DNA of 64,000 nt. Origin: an uncultured Actinomycetes bacterium (GTDB taxonomy: Bacteria; Actinomycetota; Acidimicrobiia; IMCC26256; JACDBD01). Positions 52,321-62,463 of this stretch are shown in pieces (position 1 is the stretch's first letter; the number at the start of each line of letters is the position of its first letter). The notes under the pieces were generated by a model. It was not told where the DNA came from. It saw nothing but the letters and a program-made list of their open reading frames with translations, and did no database searches. The stretch is from NCBI GenBank assembly GCA_963768605.1, contig CAVYIP010000008.1, forward strand, positions 102,684 to 166,683, read 5' to 3'. A program made the translations under genes and the position numbers.

Positions 52321-52369
52321 CACGGAAGGCGGGAGGCCCGTGCGCAATGACCTCCCGCCTTCCCGTGTC
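52321..52369 (-). terminator. long hairpin whose stem is related to the 50293 hairpin
   Basis: acacggaaggcgggagg - 14-nt loop - cctcccgccttcccgtgt (one bulge). Shares the core GGAAGGCGGGAG with the 50293-50344 stem. Lies ~115 nt downstream of the 52486 stop. Confidence 0.4.
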
Positions 52370-52485
52370 CGTGCGCTTCGAGGGCCCACTGCTGGGGGCG
52401 ATGCCCTCGAAGGTAGGGATCCTCGCAACCACAGCTTAAAAGGCAGTAAAGGCCCGTCCGATGTGGTGCAGATGTGTTTGTAGCT

Positions 52486-52961
52486 CAGCGCTTGAGCTGG
52501 CGCACGAGCCTGTGGTCTCGGTCCTTCTTCCACCGTCTGCCGTCGGCATCGGTGAAAAACAGCTCCACTGACATTGACTTCGATCCCTCGCGTGCTCTTG
52601 AGGTACGTCAACCCTCAGATAGCACGCAACTTCGCTGCGGGGCGGTAGTGACGCCGCCGCCGGCATCGTGTCGCCCAAGAGCTGACCAAACTCGTCGTAC
52701 ACCCTGACGAACAGCCCGTGGATTGTTTCGTCGCTGGCGTTATGGACTACCGGCCGCGTAACCACGGTGACCTTGCCTCACGATGGCGATATCTCCGTTC
52801 CGTTCGCCTCGACCCACGCCAGTCGGGCCTGCCGCATCTCCTGATCGGCCGCTTGGGCGCGCCGTTATGTTGATTTCCCACAGCAAGAGCGCAAACGTGA
52901 CGGCGAACGCCAGCACCGTTCCAATCGCTGCGACCCAGGCGGGGACAGTGCCCCAATCCAC
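52486..52961 (-). pseudogene. membrane-anchored hypothetical protein (frame-disrupted)
   Basis: MDWGTVPAWVAAIGTVLAFAVTFALLLWEIN, then segments in other frames: QAADQEMRQARLAWVEANG, VVTRPVVHNASDETIHGLFVRVYDEFG, SVELFFTDADGRRWKKDRDHRLVRQLKR-stop (52486-52488). Confidence 0.4.
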
Positions 52962-53017
52962 GGTCGAACGCTAGCCCTCGCCAACAGATCGAAGCTCGGC
53001 GAGCAGCTCCGCGGCGG

Positions 53018-53281
53018 TCAGCCCACACCGTTCGCCAAGCGCCGCTCTTGTCCACTGGTACCACCCCACACGCCGTGCGCCTTCTGGCCGAGTTCGAACG
53101 CAGCGTCCAAGCAGTCGCACCGGACCGGGCAGCGGCGGCAGTAGGACAGCGGCTCTTCCTGCGAGGCGCCCCGGTCGGGCAGGAACACCTCGGGATCGGC
53201 GCCGGCGCACGCAGCGCGCAGCCGCCAGCGTTGGTCGGCGAACGCGTATCCGGCTTCGAGCGCGAGCTCGATCAGCGACAC
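53018..53281 (-). CDS. whiB: WhiB-like (Wbl) Fe-S transcription factor
   Basis: 87 aa. AACAGADPEVFLP...YCRRCPVRCDCL...GVWGGTS is the Wbl four-Cys and GVWGG pattern. Confidence 0.8.
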   Translation of the reverse strand: MSLIELALEAGYAFADQRWRLRAACAGADPEVFLPDRGASQEEPLSYCRRCPVRCDCLDAAFELGQKAHGVWGGTSGQERRLANGVG

Positions 53282-54053
53282 ATGTGGGCGGTTCCGGCGT
53301 CGCTGCCGCGGCCATCAGCGGTGACCGTACCGACGCGTGCGCGAGCGCAGGCGGATGCTCCAAGCGGCATGCCGGATGCCGACTCCCCGACGCTCCATTA
53401 GGGTCCGGCCGGTCCGCCGGGTGCACCACGAGGTTGTCCGCGAGGCGGACGCGGACAGGGCGCGGGCGGGCGCGCTCGGCGGACCCAAACCAGACCTCAC
53501 GCCACTTGCTTCGGGCTGCGTCGGCCCGCGCTAGACGCGGGAGGCGAGAGAACCGGTCGTGTTTGTGGTCTCCCGCCTCCCAGTTCTCCCGTCGCGGAGT
53601 CCCATTCCCAGCTTGGGGGGCGGAGAGGACTCCCTCGGGAGTTATCCACATTGTCCGCGCAGAAACACCCCCAGTGGTCAAGCGCCCACCGTCCGACGCA
53701 TGAGAGATGTGAGCGGGTCCTAGGGCTGCGGGTGAGCGTGGCCCCGCTCGCGGGGTCCCCAGCCAGCCGAGATTGCGATCGTGCTAGGTCGGGTTCTCTA
53801 CGAGGAGGGCTCCCACTTCTCCTGCAGGATGTACAAAGCCTCCACCGGGGAGAGTCCCGACCGCGACGACCGCCGACGCGGGGCGCGGCCCCGCGACTCG
53901 ATCAACATTCCGTCCCGTTTTGCAGGTGCCGGTACGCGACGACAGTTTCGACGCCGGCGGCTCGAGCGAGCGACTCGGCGGCGGCCAGCCCGCGTTTGAC
54001 GTATGCAACCCGTAGTCTTGCGGAGCGAGACGTCGTCCCAAGAGGGCGCCGCG

Positions 54054-54832
54054 ATGAATATGGCCGATGCGCGGATCGCGGTCGATGAGGCAACCAAGCG
54101 CTTCGCGGCGCTTGTGCGCTCTTCGCCAAATCCCCGATGCGCATCCGCCACTCCGACTGGACGATCGCCGACGTGGCGGCGCACGTTCTGAGCTTCGCGG
54201 AAGCCTACGAGGGATACCTACAAGACGATGCGGATCCCGTCGTTCGCGTGCACGATCTAAACCTCGACAACGCGCGCAACCTCGCTCGCTTGGACGAGCG
54301 CGACATTGGCATCCTCACCGACCGGCTGGCCCGTGCCAGCGCCGCTTTCCTGGCGGCAAGCGACGGCCTCGACGCGACTCATCCGATGCGGTGGCACGAC
54401 GTGTCCGCCACCGTCGGCACCGTCTACGGGATCTACCTGGGTGAGCTGCTGATCCACGGCGACGACGTGGCTCGAACGCTGCGGCGGCCCTGGCCCATCA
54501 CCCGAACACAGGGCGCGATCGTCCTCGAGGCCATCGCCGAGGCGGCCCCCTGGTTCGTCGACGCTCGCGGCGCGGTTCGCGACGCCGAATTCGAGGTCAA
54601 CGCTCGCAAAGGTCCCACATTCAGCTTCCGCTTTGCCTCCACTTCCCTGACCGTCGAAGCCGGTCGGGCGACCCGCCCCGACTGCCGCATCTGGGGCGAC
54701 GCCGTCGCGCTCGTGCTGGTGCTGTACAAGCGGCGCTCACAATGGACCCAGATCGCTCGGGGTCGCTTGATTGCCGGCGGGCGACGACCATGGCTTGCCC
54801 TATCGTTCGTCGACCGGTTCGGCGGCTACTGA
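54054..54832 (+). pseudogene. DinB-fold, mycothiol-dependent maleylpyruvate isomerase family protein (TIGR03083-like; frame-disrupted)
   Basis: ATG 54054 (MNMADARIAVDEATKRFAALV). Switch near ~54130 into the 231-aa frame (WTIADVAAHVL...), with an SCP2-like C-terminal part. Confidence 0.65.
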
Positions 54833-55353
54833 CGCGGCGAGCGCGGCGGCACCCATACGTGCCGTTCGGTGCGCGCCAACTCCGGCCGCTAGCGGCGTTC
54901 TGGGCGTGGTTCTGTGCTCGTGAAGGGACGGATCAAGAGAGCCGAGCGCGCAGCTTCCGCCAGCGCCACGGGAGATCCAAGGCCTCGAAGATCAAGATGA
55001 TCGACAACCAGAACAGCACTCGGGGCAGCGGGTGTTGGAGGAAACTCATGAGCTTGCCCATGCTCCTCTACATTTCGTTCGCTAGCTCCGCAATCATGGA
55101 AGCCCAAGCCAACCGCCCTCCGCAACACGGCGGGAGATGAGGATGCCTCAGGGCAGGCTGAGCACGGTCACAGCGAGGCATCCGCCGAATTGACCATCGC
55201 ACGCGTACGCGTCGAGCGGGCTCCACCCGCGCTTCGCGGTAAGACGTTCGACGTTCGTGTGATGGCGCGTCTCCAATCGGTACCGCGTAAGGGAACCGGT
55301 CCGGAGTTCGCAGCGCATGGCCCGATCGAAAAGCGCTACGTCGAAGCAAGCCC

Positions 55354-55584
55354 TCAGCCGTGTTCGACGCGCTCAAGATCAAGGTCATGGAAGGTCGGCG
55401 GCCCGTCAGCGCGCTCCATCATCCGTTCGTGGGAGAAGGCCTGCGTCTCGGGCAGCTCGTCGTTCTTCTTCGCGCCTTTGTAGGACGGGAACTCGGCGAT
55501 CAGGACGTACTGCCACGCGTGATCGCGGTCCTGGCAGACCATGACCCGTCGTGTCACGGCCTGCCCTCCGTCTTCGCACACCAT
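55354..55584 (-). CDS. hypothetical small protein (possibly longer, starting at ATG 55649 with one frame switch)
   Basis: 76-aa ORF, VMVCQDRDHAWQYVLIAEFPSYKGAKKNDELPETQAFSHERMMERADGPPTFHDLDLERVEHG. No family recognised. Confidence 0.4.
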   Translation of the reverse strand: MVCEDGGQAVTRRVMVCQDRDHAWQYVLIAEFPSYKGAKKNDELPETQAFSHERMMERADGPPTFHDLDLERVEHG

Positions 55585-55657
55585 TGGTTAGCCGCGGGGA
55601 GGCTCCCGAGCGATGTGGGCGACGTGAACCCCTTCAGCCATCGTTCGGCGCGAGCGG

Positions 55658-56741
55658 CTATGCGGTAAGGCGCCGGAAGGGCCGCTTGGAGGGAGGGTCC
55701 ACAAGACCTCGTTGGCTTGGGCCTCGCTCACGGCGCGTGCGGCCAGGTTCACCACCGGCCCGAAGCAGTCGCCGCCTTGGACAAAAACATCGCCGAAGGC
55801 GAGCCCGGCCCGAATCGGCGGGAGAACGGGATGAGCCCGGAACGGTCGGCAAGCTCAAGGGCGATTCCGCAGGCCGCGTCGATGCTTGCAGCCACGAACA
55901 TGATTTCGTCGCCGATGAGCTTGACGACCCGCCCGCCCGCGGCGACGACCACATCAGAGGCTGTCGTCTCGAACTCACCGAGGGCAGCACCGAGGCCAGC
56001 GATATCGACCTGTTCGGAGAGCGCCGTCGAGCCGACGAGGTCGACGGAGCCGACGACGAGACACTGCGTCTCGTAGCCGAACTTGACGTCGGGCGAAGTA
56101 CGGGACGCTGCCACCAGGTGCATCCGCAGGAGCTGGTCCATGGCCGACACCAGGAAAGGCATGTATGAAGCCGACTCCAAGTTGGCGCGGACCAGGGCGA
56201 GACCGTCCTCGGATCGGAAGCCATGGCTTCCGGGCCCACGTTGGTGACAAAGGCCGAGACGATCGTGTCGGCCACTTTGGCCATCGCCGTGCCCACGACC
56301 CTGGTGAGCTGGAACGCGGTGTCCTCGCCGAAGAGTGAGACCGCGGCGCCGAAGCCCTGAAAGACAGCGGTGTCAGCCTCGGTGGCGATCGGGAGATCGG
56401 GCCCGGGATCAGCGAAGCCAGCCGTAGCCACAGCCGCCGGACCGTCTCTTCTTGCAGGCCGGCTCGTTCGGCAAGTTCGCGCCTCGTCAGATCTCCGCCA
56501 CCAGGCCGCAGGGCGAGGCGGGCGGCAAGCGCGCCATAATCAGGCAGTTCCGCCCGCAAGTCGTCCAGCGCCCGCCGTGCTGGACCAGGAGCTCAAGCGC
56601 AGCAAGGCGTTCCGTAGCGCCAGGAGCACCGGGGTCGTAGACGCCCGCCTCATGCAGATCCTCCGGAGTGATCTGCCCTGCACTGTCGCTAGGCACGGCA
56701 TCAACGTAGCTGCGGCGCGGAGCACGGCAGAGGCCGGCCAC
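55658..56741 (-). pseudogene. class III adenylate/guanylate cyclase with helical/HTH-like N-terminal region (frame-disrupted)
   Basis: Catalytic-domain pieces VVGSVDLVGSTALSE, GGRVVKLIGDEIMFV, GLAFGDVFVQGGDCFGPVVNLAARA spread over three frames. N-region reads GVYDPGAPGATERLAALELL...LTRRELAERAGL. Ends approximate. Confidence 0.6.
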
Positions 56742-57093
56742 GACAGCGGTGCCGATATGGCGCGCACGGTGACGCCCATCGGGTGACGTTCGGTAGGCGC
56801 GTTGGGTGCGCTCGGGTGATGGCGAACGAAATCGCAGGCAATACGACGTCTGTCAGAGGCTGCCGCCGAACCCGCCGCGGCGCAAGAGGTGCTGAGGGCG
56901 CTGCGCTAACTCCGGTCGTCATCCAAGGCACGGATCACAGGTCTGTGACGCCGCTCGGCGGCAATCGTCAGCTTGGCGCGACGAGCCACGAACAAACTCG
57001 CTCTGATGCGGTAATACGCACCGCCAGTGAAATGTGCGGACCGCGGTCGTGCCCGGCCGCCCGCCGGGCTCGATTCGTGTGTGCGCTCGGCTC

Positions 57094-57732
57094 TTACGCC
57101 AGGCGGCGGTAGATCAGCTGCGTCGTCGCACTCGGGTCGTCGGCGTACACGCCAGCGACTCCCTTGTCGACGAACTTCACCCAATCCTCGTCGGACCCCA
57201 GCGCTTGTTCGGACGCCTCGAGCGCTTGTGCGTTCTCGTGACCGGTGATCCATCCGACGCTGCCGTAGGTGCCGCTCACGTTGGCGAGGAACAACGTCGG
57301 GGAGCCGATGAGCTTCGCAGCCTTCTTCGCCAGCTCGACGCCGAGCTCCATGCCGCGACCGAGGTTGCCGTTCGCGTAGACCGTCTGGACCGCCGTCACG
57401 TACTCGATCTGCCGGGTGGGGTCTGGTTCGCCGTGGACCACCTGTGCAAGAAGGTCGTCCGCACCACCGACCGTGTACTTACTGCCCTTGTCGACAGCGG
57501 TCGCGAACGTGTCGTCGGCGTTCAACTTGTCGCCGGCTGCCTCGAGGGTGGCGAGATCCGGTACGAAGGTGCTCCAAGCAATTGCACCGACCTCCGGCGA
57601 GTAAACCTGCATGAACAGACTCACCTGCAGACCGGTGATGTTGTTGACGCTCTTGGTCTGGTCGAGCGCCCATTCCATGGATGAGCGCGTGTTGCCGGGT
57701 CCCAAACGGAGCCGGCGGCTGAACAGGTACAT
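57094..57732 (-). CDS. hypothetical protein (island)
   Basis: ATG 57732 (MYLFSRRLRLGPGNTRSSMEWALD), 212 aa uninterrupted. Two similar halves suggest a duplicated alpha+beta module. No family recognised. Confidence 0.55.
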   Translation of the reverse strand: MYLFSRRLRLGPGNTRSSMEWALDQTKSVNNITGLQVSLFMQVYSPEVGAIAWSTFVPDLATLEAAGDKLNADDTFATAVDKGSKYTVGGADDLLAQVVHGEPDPTRQIEYVTAVQTVYANGNLGRGMELGVELAKKAAKLIGSPTLFLANVSGTYGSVGWITGHENAQALEASEQALGSDEDWVKFVDKGVAGVYADDPSATTQLIYRRLA

Positions 57733-57849
57733 GACCGCCCCAATCTGCCCCGGACTCACCGAGTCCGAACGAGGCCTCCGCCCGGGGAAGTGAACAAGAA
57801 AGGCCCCGCTCAGTGAGGCTGCCAGCACGACGGCGCGAGCGCAAGGGAC

Positions 57850-58281
57850 CTACAGCCCTTCCGTAGTCGAGCCGGGGACGCTGCACATCGACCGCAGGTG
57901 AGTGCCCGATGAGGCGTTTCCCCTTCGCCTAGCGGTAGCCACCGCGATGTGCACAGTCGACTGCCGATGATCGCGCCCGAACGGCACGTACGTGTCCACG
58001 CCGATCTTCGGTTCGCGAAGACGGAGGAAGCGCACCGCGAGTCCTTTGGGGCAGCCGTCGCAGATCCGAGCGCGTCTCGGGCTTCGAGCGCAAGGCCCCG
58101 AACCCCCGTCCTTGCTGGCGCAACCGGCGCGAAGAAGAACAAAGCCGCCGTAGCTGGGACGTATTGGGGCTGTTCGCGAACGTCGGCCAGCCGTCGTTAG
58201 TAGACCCACCGAACCGCACATAACCGGCGTTCTGGGCGTCGAGCGCCACGAGCGCATATGTGCCGTTCGGTGCTCCTCATC
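57850..58281 (-). pseudogene. Cys-rich hypothetical protein (frame-disrupted)
   Basis: ATG 58281 after AGGAG. Segments ALVALDAQNAGYVRFGGSTNDGWPTF and GCASKDGGSGPCARSPRRARICDGCPKG (C-x10-C-x9-C-x2-C) lie in different frames. Confidence 0.3.
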
Positions 58282-58418
58282 TGCTCCTGGAGATGGATGT
58301 TCGGTGTGCACGTTATGGCGCGTTCGAAAGGCGTTCTCGAACGCCGCTCTGGTCTGCGGTTGCCGCGGGCACGACCGGCTCGTTGCCGGCCGCGCTTCGC
58401 GACAGCCGCGCGGGTGCG

Positions 58419-58962
58419 CTAGTAGCCAGGGGAACCGCTCGAGCCACCGCTACCGCCAGAGGTCGACGGCGTGCTGGTGATCTCGTTCCCTGTGGGTGAG
58501 AGCACGTACCAGAGGCCGCCGAAGGCATTGACGCCCTGGCCGTTGGTGTTCCCGGCCTTCTTGTCGCCCGAGTACGTGTAGAGCGGGTGGCCGTTGTAGA
58601 TGACCTGCGGCTTCCCGTCGGACCGCGTCGCGGTGCTGGCGAGGGAGGCTTTCGCGCCCTTCCCGATCTTCGGTGTGGCGCTCGTGAGCGGCGGCCACGC
58701 GGCTGCGCAGGCGTCGGCGCACGCGCTGGTCGTCCCTGAGTCCGCCTGGAACAGGTACAGAGTGCGGCCCTTCGAGTTGACGAGGATCTTCCCGAGGTTG
58801 GTCTTCGCGGACGCGAACCGTCGCTGGCTTTGCCTTCGTGGCTTCTTGTTTCGCCGCCGACACGCTCGCGGAGCTCACGCCGCCATAGCCGGCGACAGCC
58901 AGCGCGGCGAGCGGCACGATTGCCGCCCGGGCAAAGAAGGTGGTGCATCTGCTGCGAGTCAT
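58419..58962 (-). pseudogene. secreted lipoprotein of the COG4315 (Lipoprotein_15 repeat) type (frame-disrupted)
   Basis: Signal peptide MTRSRCTTFFARAAIVPLAALAVAG. After a switch near ~58815 it reads KTNLGKILVNSKGRTLYLFQADSG...DGKPQVIYNGHPLYTYSGDKKAGNTNGQG. Confidence 0.7.
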
Positions 58963-59111
58963 CCTCGCTCCTTTTCGTTTGGGGGACGGAATGGATATCC
59001 AGGTCCTACATGGCTGCGTTCTGAACATCAGATCGAGCTGTGGTCGCAGGTGCTTCGACCTGCGACCACAGCGCCTCTTCGAGCCGAGCACAGGTGCGTG
59101 CGGGGTTCTTC

Positions 59112-59668
59112 TCAGGGGCTGAAGTGCACCGCTCCGGTTGCGCAGCCGACGCCCTGCACCCAGACGTTTTGGACGCCCGTAAGAGTGCTATCGATGTCGT
59201 GCGCCGAGACGATCATGTTGGCTTGGAACGACTCGTCGGTTCCGTCGCCGGCTCGGTAGAAGTCGGCGTGCAGCACGACGGTGTCGTCGCTGGTGCTCAC
59301 GGTGCTTGGCGACCGCCTCGGTCGCCACGCACTTGAACGTCTGTGCTCGGCAGGAGAATGTCGCTGTCCCAGCGGACGCCCTCTCCCGTCTGACATCCGG
59401 CGAGCAAGCGCGTGGGCGGCCACCCACCGGTGAGGTGCAGCTGAAGCTGCCTCCGGAGTGGGCGGGATGGGTGGTGGAGGAGTTGAAGGCGCCGCCGCCG
59501 GTCAGGGTGACCGCGCCGGAGGTTCGTTGAGCCCGGTGATGTCGCGTGCGTTGAAACGCGAAGCTCGTGTTGGGACCGGCCGCACCAGCCGCGGACGCCC
59601 CGAGCACCACGATCGGGACCGCGGCGGCGAACACGGCGAACGCACCCAACCGTTTCAGCGAATCTCAT
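59112..59668 (-). pseudogene. secreted hypothetical protein (frame-disrupted)
   Basis: ATG 59668. Signal-like LGAFAVFAAAVPIVVLGASAAGAAG. C-terminal frame reads TVVLHADFYRAGDGTDESFQANMIVSAHDIDSTLTGVQNVW. At least 3 switches. Confidence 0.45.
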
Positions 59669-59807
59669 GGAGATCCCTCGTCGAGTACACGGAATGCGAA
59701 TCATGACAACGCTCCTTCTCTTTGATGGCTTTCTGAGCCCGAGACGACCTGGGCGGACCTTTTCGTATGGCGGTGTATCGTTACACTGCCATGCTAAACT
59801 AGCGAGA

Positions 59808-59833
59808 TAGATTACGCAAGGGGCTGTAATCTA
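59808..59833. promoter_or_regulatory. perfect inverted repeat TAGATTAC-N10-GTAATCTA upstream of the island TetR gene
   Basis: 8-bp arms (9 with the flanking A/T), 24 nt upstream of GTG 59857. A second imperfect IR, ggcggtgta-tcgt-tacactgcc, lies at 59771-59792. Confidence 0.55.
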
Positions 59834-59856
59834 TTTGTCCGGTCGAGGAGGCCGCC

Positions 59857-60495
59857 GTGGCGACCAAGGATCGAGCCGCTGGGGACACCGACGGCGCGTC
59901 CCGAGGCCCGGGTCGACCCCGCGACGCCCGCCACGACCAAGCCATCCTCGACGCGACGCTGGGGATCCTGCTGGAACAGGGCTACCGGGGCGTCACCATC
60001 GAGGGTGTCGCAACCCGCGCCGGGGTCGGCCGGCCCACCATCTACCGCCGATGGCCTTCGAAGCCCGCAGTCGTCGTCGCGGCGCTCGTCCAGTCGGACC
60101 GGCTGGCCCTCCCAGCGCCGGACACGGGTTCGTTGCGAAACGACTTGATCGCCGTGCAACGCCATCAGGTCGAGCGGATGAACTCGCCCGACGCTCGCCG
60201 GGTCACGGCCGGGCTGATCGCGGATCTGGCCGACGACCCGGAGCTTGCCGACACCTATGTCAGCCAATTCCTGGCGCCGCGCCGGGCAACGGTATGGGAA
60301 GTCCTCTCACGCGGTGTCGACCGAGGAGAGCTCGACGCCGACGTCGATTTCGCCTTCATTTACGACCTGCTGGTCGGGCCGCTCTTCATGCGAGCCGTCG
60401 TATGGGGACAGCCGCTAGCGCCCGACGCCGCCGAAAAAACCGCAGACGTGATCCTGGCCGCATTCGCCCCAACCCCCAGGCGCTCACCCACCTGA
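59857..60495 (+). CDS. TetR-family transcriptional regulator (island)
   Basis: GTG start, 212 aa uninterrupted. HTH YRGVTIEGVATRAGVGRPTIYRRWPSK. Confidence 0.85.
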   Translation: MATKDRAAGDTDGASRGPGRPRDARHDQAILDATLGILLEQGYRGVTIEGVATRAGVGRPTIYRRWPSKPAVVVAALVQSDRLALPAPDTGSLRNDLIAVQRHQVERMNSPDARRVTAGLIADLADDPELADTYVSQFLAPRRATVWEVLSRGVDRGELDADVDFAFIYDLLVGPLFMRAVVWGQPLAPDAAEKTADVILAAFAPTPRRSPT

Positions 60496-60743
60496 CCGCC
60501 AACCGCAAGGCTTAGGGGCGGCCCGGGAGCCGGTGGACGAATCGCCGAGGCGACGGTTACGGCCGTGGTTCCCCGTCGCTTCAGTGCTGGTCGCGACGCC
60601 CACGGTGTGCCCCTCATCCGCACACAACGACACCTCCCGGTCACCACCTCGCAGCGCCATAACCGGCGATATGCACGGCGTGCGGTGTCGGGATGTCGTC
60701 GTACTTGACTGGCCCAGCTTGGGCCGCCGGGTTGTCGCTGCAC

Positions 60744-61326
60744 CTAGAGCTTGGACGGGAAGGTGAGGGTGCCGACCGCCTTGCTGGCGAACTTGGTGTG
60801 GGCGGTGCCGGTTGCGGGGTCGACCTTGACCGTGGTCGTCGTCGCGGTGGCGGTGAGGACGCCGGTGACGCCGGCGAAGTGTCCGGTGCCGCCGGTGAAG
60901 GTGTAGGTCGCGGGGTACCGGTTGGCGTGCGTGATGGCATCAGATGGTGATGGGTCCGGTATGAATCCCTCGGCGACGGTGCCGGTGAGATTGTCGCCGT
61001 GGGAGTCCGTGTAGGTGAAGGTCCAGACTGAGGTGGGCGCCGTCGAGGCTGGGTTGGCTGAGCGTGTAGGTGCCGTGACCGAGGTGTTTGGCGGTCCAGG
61101 TCCAGCATCCCATCCGCACCGGGACGTCGGGCGGAGCCGGACACTTGGTACCGCGAGGGTTATTCAGCAGGTTGTTTTGCGCGTCCTCGTATTCGTCCCC
61201 GGACAGGTGGATGACGGTGCGGTAGGTGTGTGGCCGCGAAGGCGCGTGCGGTGGGGCGGCGGCGGACGCGGGCCCGCCGATCGCGGCGAAGCTGCTCAGC
61301 GCGAGGAAGATCGTGAGTCTTCGCAT
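60744..61326 (-). pseudogene. secreted beta-rich hypothetical protein (frame-disrupted)
   Basis: ATG 61326. Signal peptide MRRLTIFLALSSFAAIGGPASAAA. After a switch near ~61010 it reads WTFTYTDSHGDNLTGTVAEGF...YTFTGGTGHFAGVTGVLTA...LTFPSKL-stop. Confidence 0.55.
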
Positions 61327-61706
61327 ATGAAACTCCGGGCCTCGGCGGTCATCCGTCCGGCGCGACAGAGCCACTCATAAAGCGCCGCTGTCAAGGGCAC
61401 GCCGATGTGCCGATCAGTGCGCGCCAACTCTCGCCGCCAACGTCGTTCTGGCGCGACATTCTGTGCGCCACTTGGTCGATGAGTTAGCCGAAAGGCTAGC
61501 CCACACATCGAACACTTGTTCGTATTCGTCACGTCACACATCAACGAAGCTGGGGGCAGTACGAGGCGCGGTTGCGCGCAATGCCTCCGCAGATCGCGTG
61601 GTCAGCGCTCGATCCCGGGGGCGAGAAGCTCGACGAGCCGACTCGTCGACAACTCCTGCCTACCGACGGGGTGTGTCCATCTCAGCGACCCCGGTGGTGA
61701 CAATCC

Positions 61707-61717
61707 GCTGACATCGG
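61707..61717. repeat. third copy of GCTGACATCGG, 40 bp inside the right repeat
   Basis: Same 11-mer and orientation as the tandem pair at 49118-49139. Confidence 0.4.
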
Positions 61718-61756
61718 CGACCGCACAACGGGCCGGCCCTCGGAGGCCGGCCCGTG

Positions 61757-61848
<92 letters not shown>

Positions 61849-61928
61849 CATCAAAGTTACCAGAGGGCTCCTGACCTGCGGCTCGGCGGCGAGCGCGGGT
61901 GCGTGTCCGCTTTGGGATGATGGGGCCC

Positions 61929-62462
61929 ATGGACCTCATCGACCGCTACGAGGAAGCTGCCGGCGGGTTCACCCACCGACTCGACGCAGTCGCCGACGAC
62001 CAGTGGTCGAACCCGACGCCGTGCACGGACTGGGACGTGCGCCAGCTCGTCGACCACGTGATCGCCATCCAGCGGCAGATCCCGGACAGCCTCGACGTCC
62101 CCGTCGACGACGACGGCGTCGACCCCCGATCGACGTGGAAGGCCGTGCGCGACGCCGCGCTCACCGCGCTGCGCCAGCCCGGCGTCATGGAACGGACGAT
62201 CACAGGCATCCGCGGCGAGATGCCCGTCGAGATGGCGTTGCTCCCCCGCTTGTCGGATCTCACCGTGCACACCTGGGACCTCGCCCGCGCTACGGGCGGT
62301 GACGAGCGCCTCAGCGCGGAGATCGCCGGGATCGTGCTCGAGCGGCTGAGGCCGAACGACGAGGCGCTCCGACAGTCGGGGAGCTTCGGCCCGAAGGTCG
62401 ACCCGCCTCCGGGCGCCGACGCGCAGGTCGAGCTCCTCTGCTTCCTCGGCCGGCGGCCCTGA
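61929..62462 (+). CDS. DinB-fold TIGR03086-like protein
   Basis: ATG 61929 (MDLIDRYEEAAGGFTHRLDAVADDQWSNPTPCTDWDVRQLVDH); the ORF opens at 61899. Uninterrupted. Confidence 0.7.
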   Translation: MDLIDRYEEAAGGFTHRLDAVADDQWSNPTPCTDWDVRQLVDHVIAIQRQIPDSLDVPVDDDGVDPRSTWKAVRDAALTALRQPGVMERTITGIRGEMPVEMALLPRLSDLTVHTWDLARATGGDERLSAEIAGIVLERLRPNDEALRQSGSFGPKVDPPPGADAQVELLCFLGRRP

Positions 62463-62463
62463 C

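Noticed and set aside
53798-54050. HTH-like fragment (LRVAYVKRGLAAAESLARAAGVETVVAYRHLQNGTE...ESRGRAPRR...GLSPVEALYILQEKWEPSS) that could be a transposase or resolvase N-terminal remnant, and thus the missing recombinase
   Set aside because: It is under 100 aa, split over two frames, has no catalytic domain following it, and its upstream end collides with the DinB-family gene start. Too little to call.
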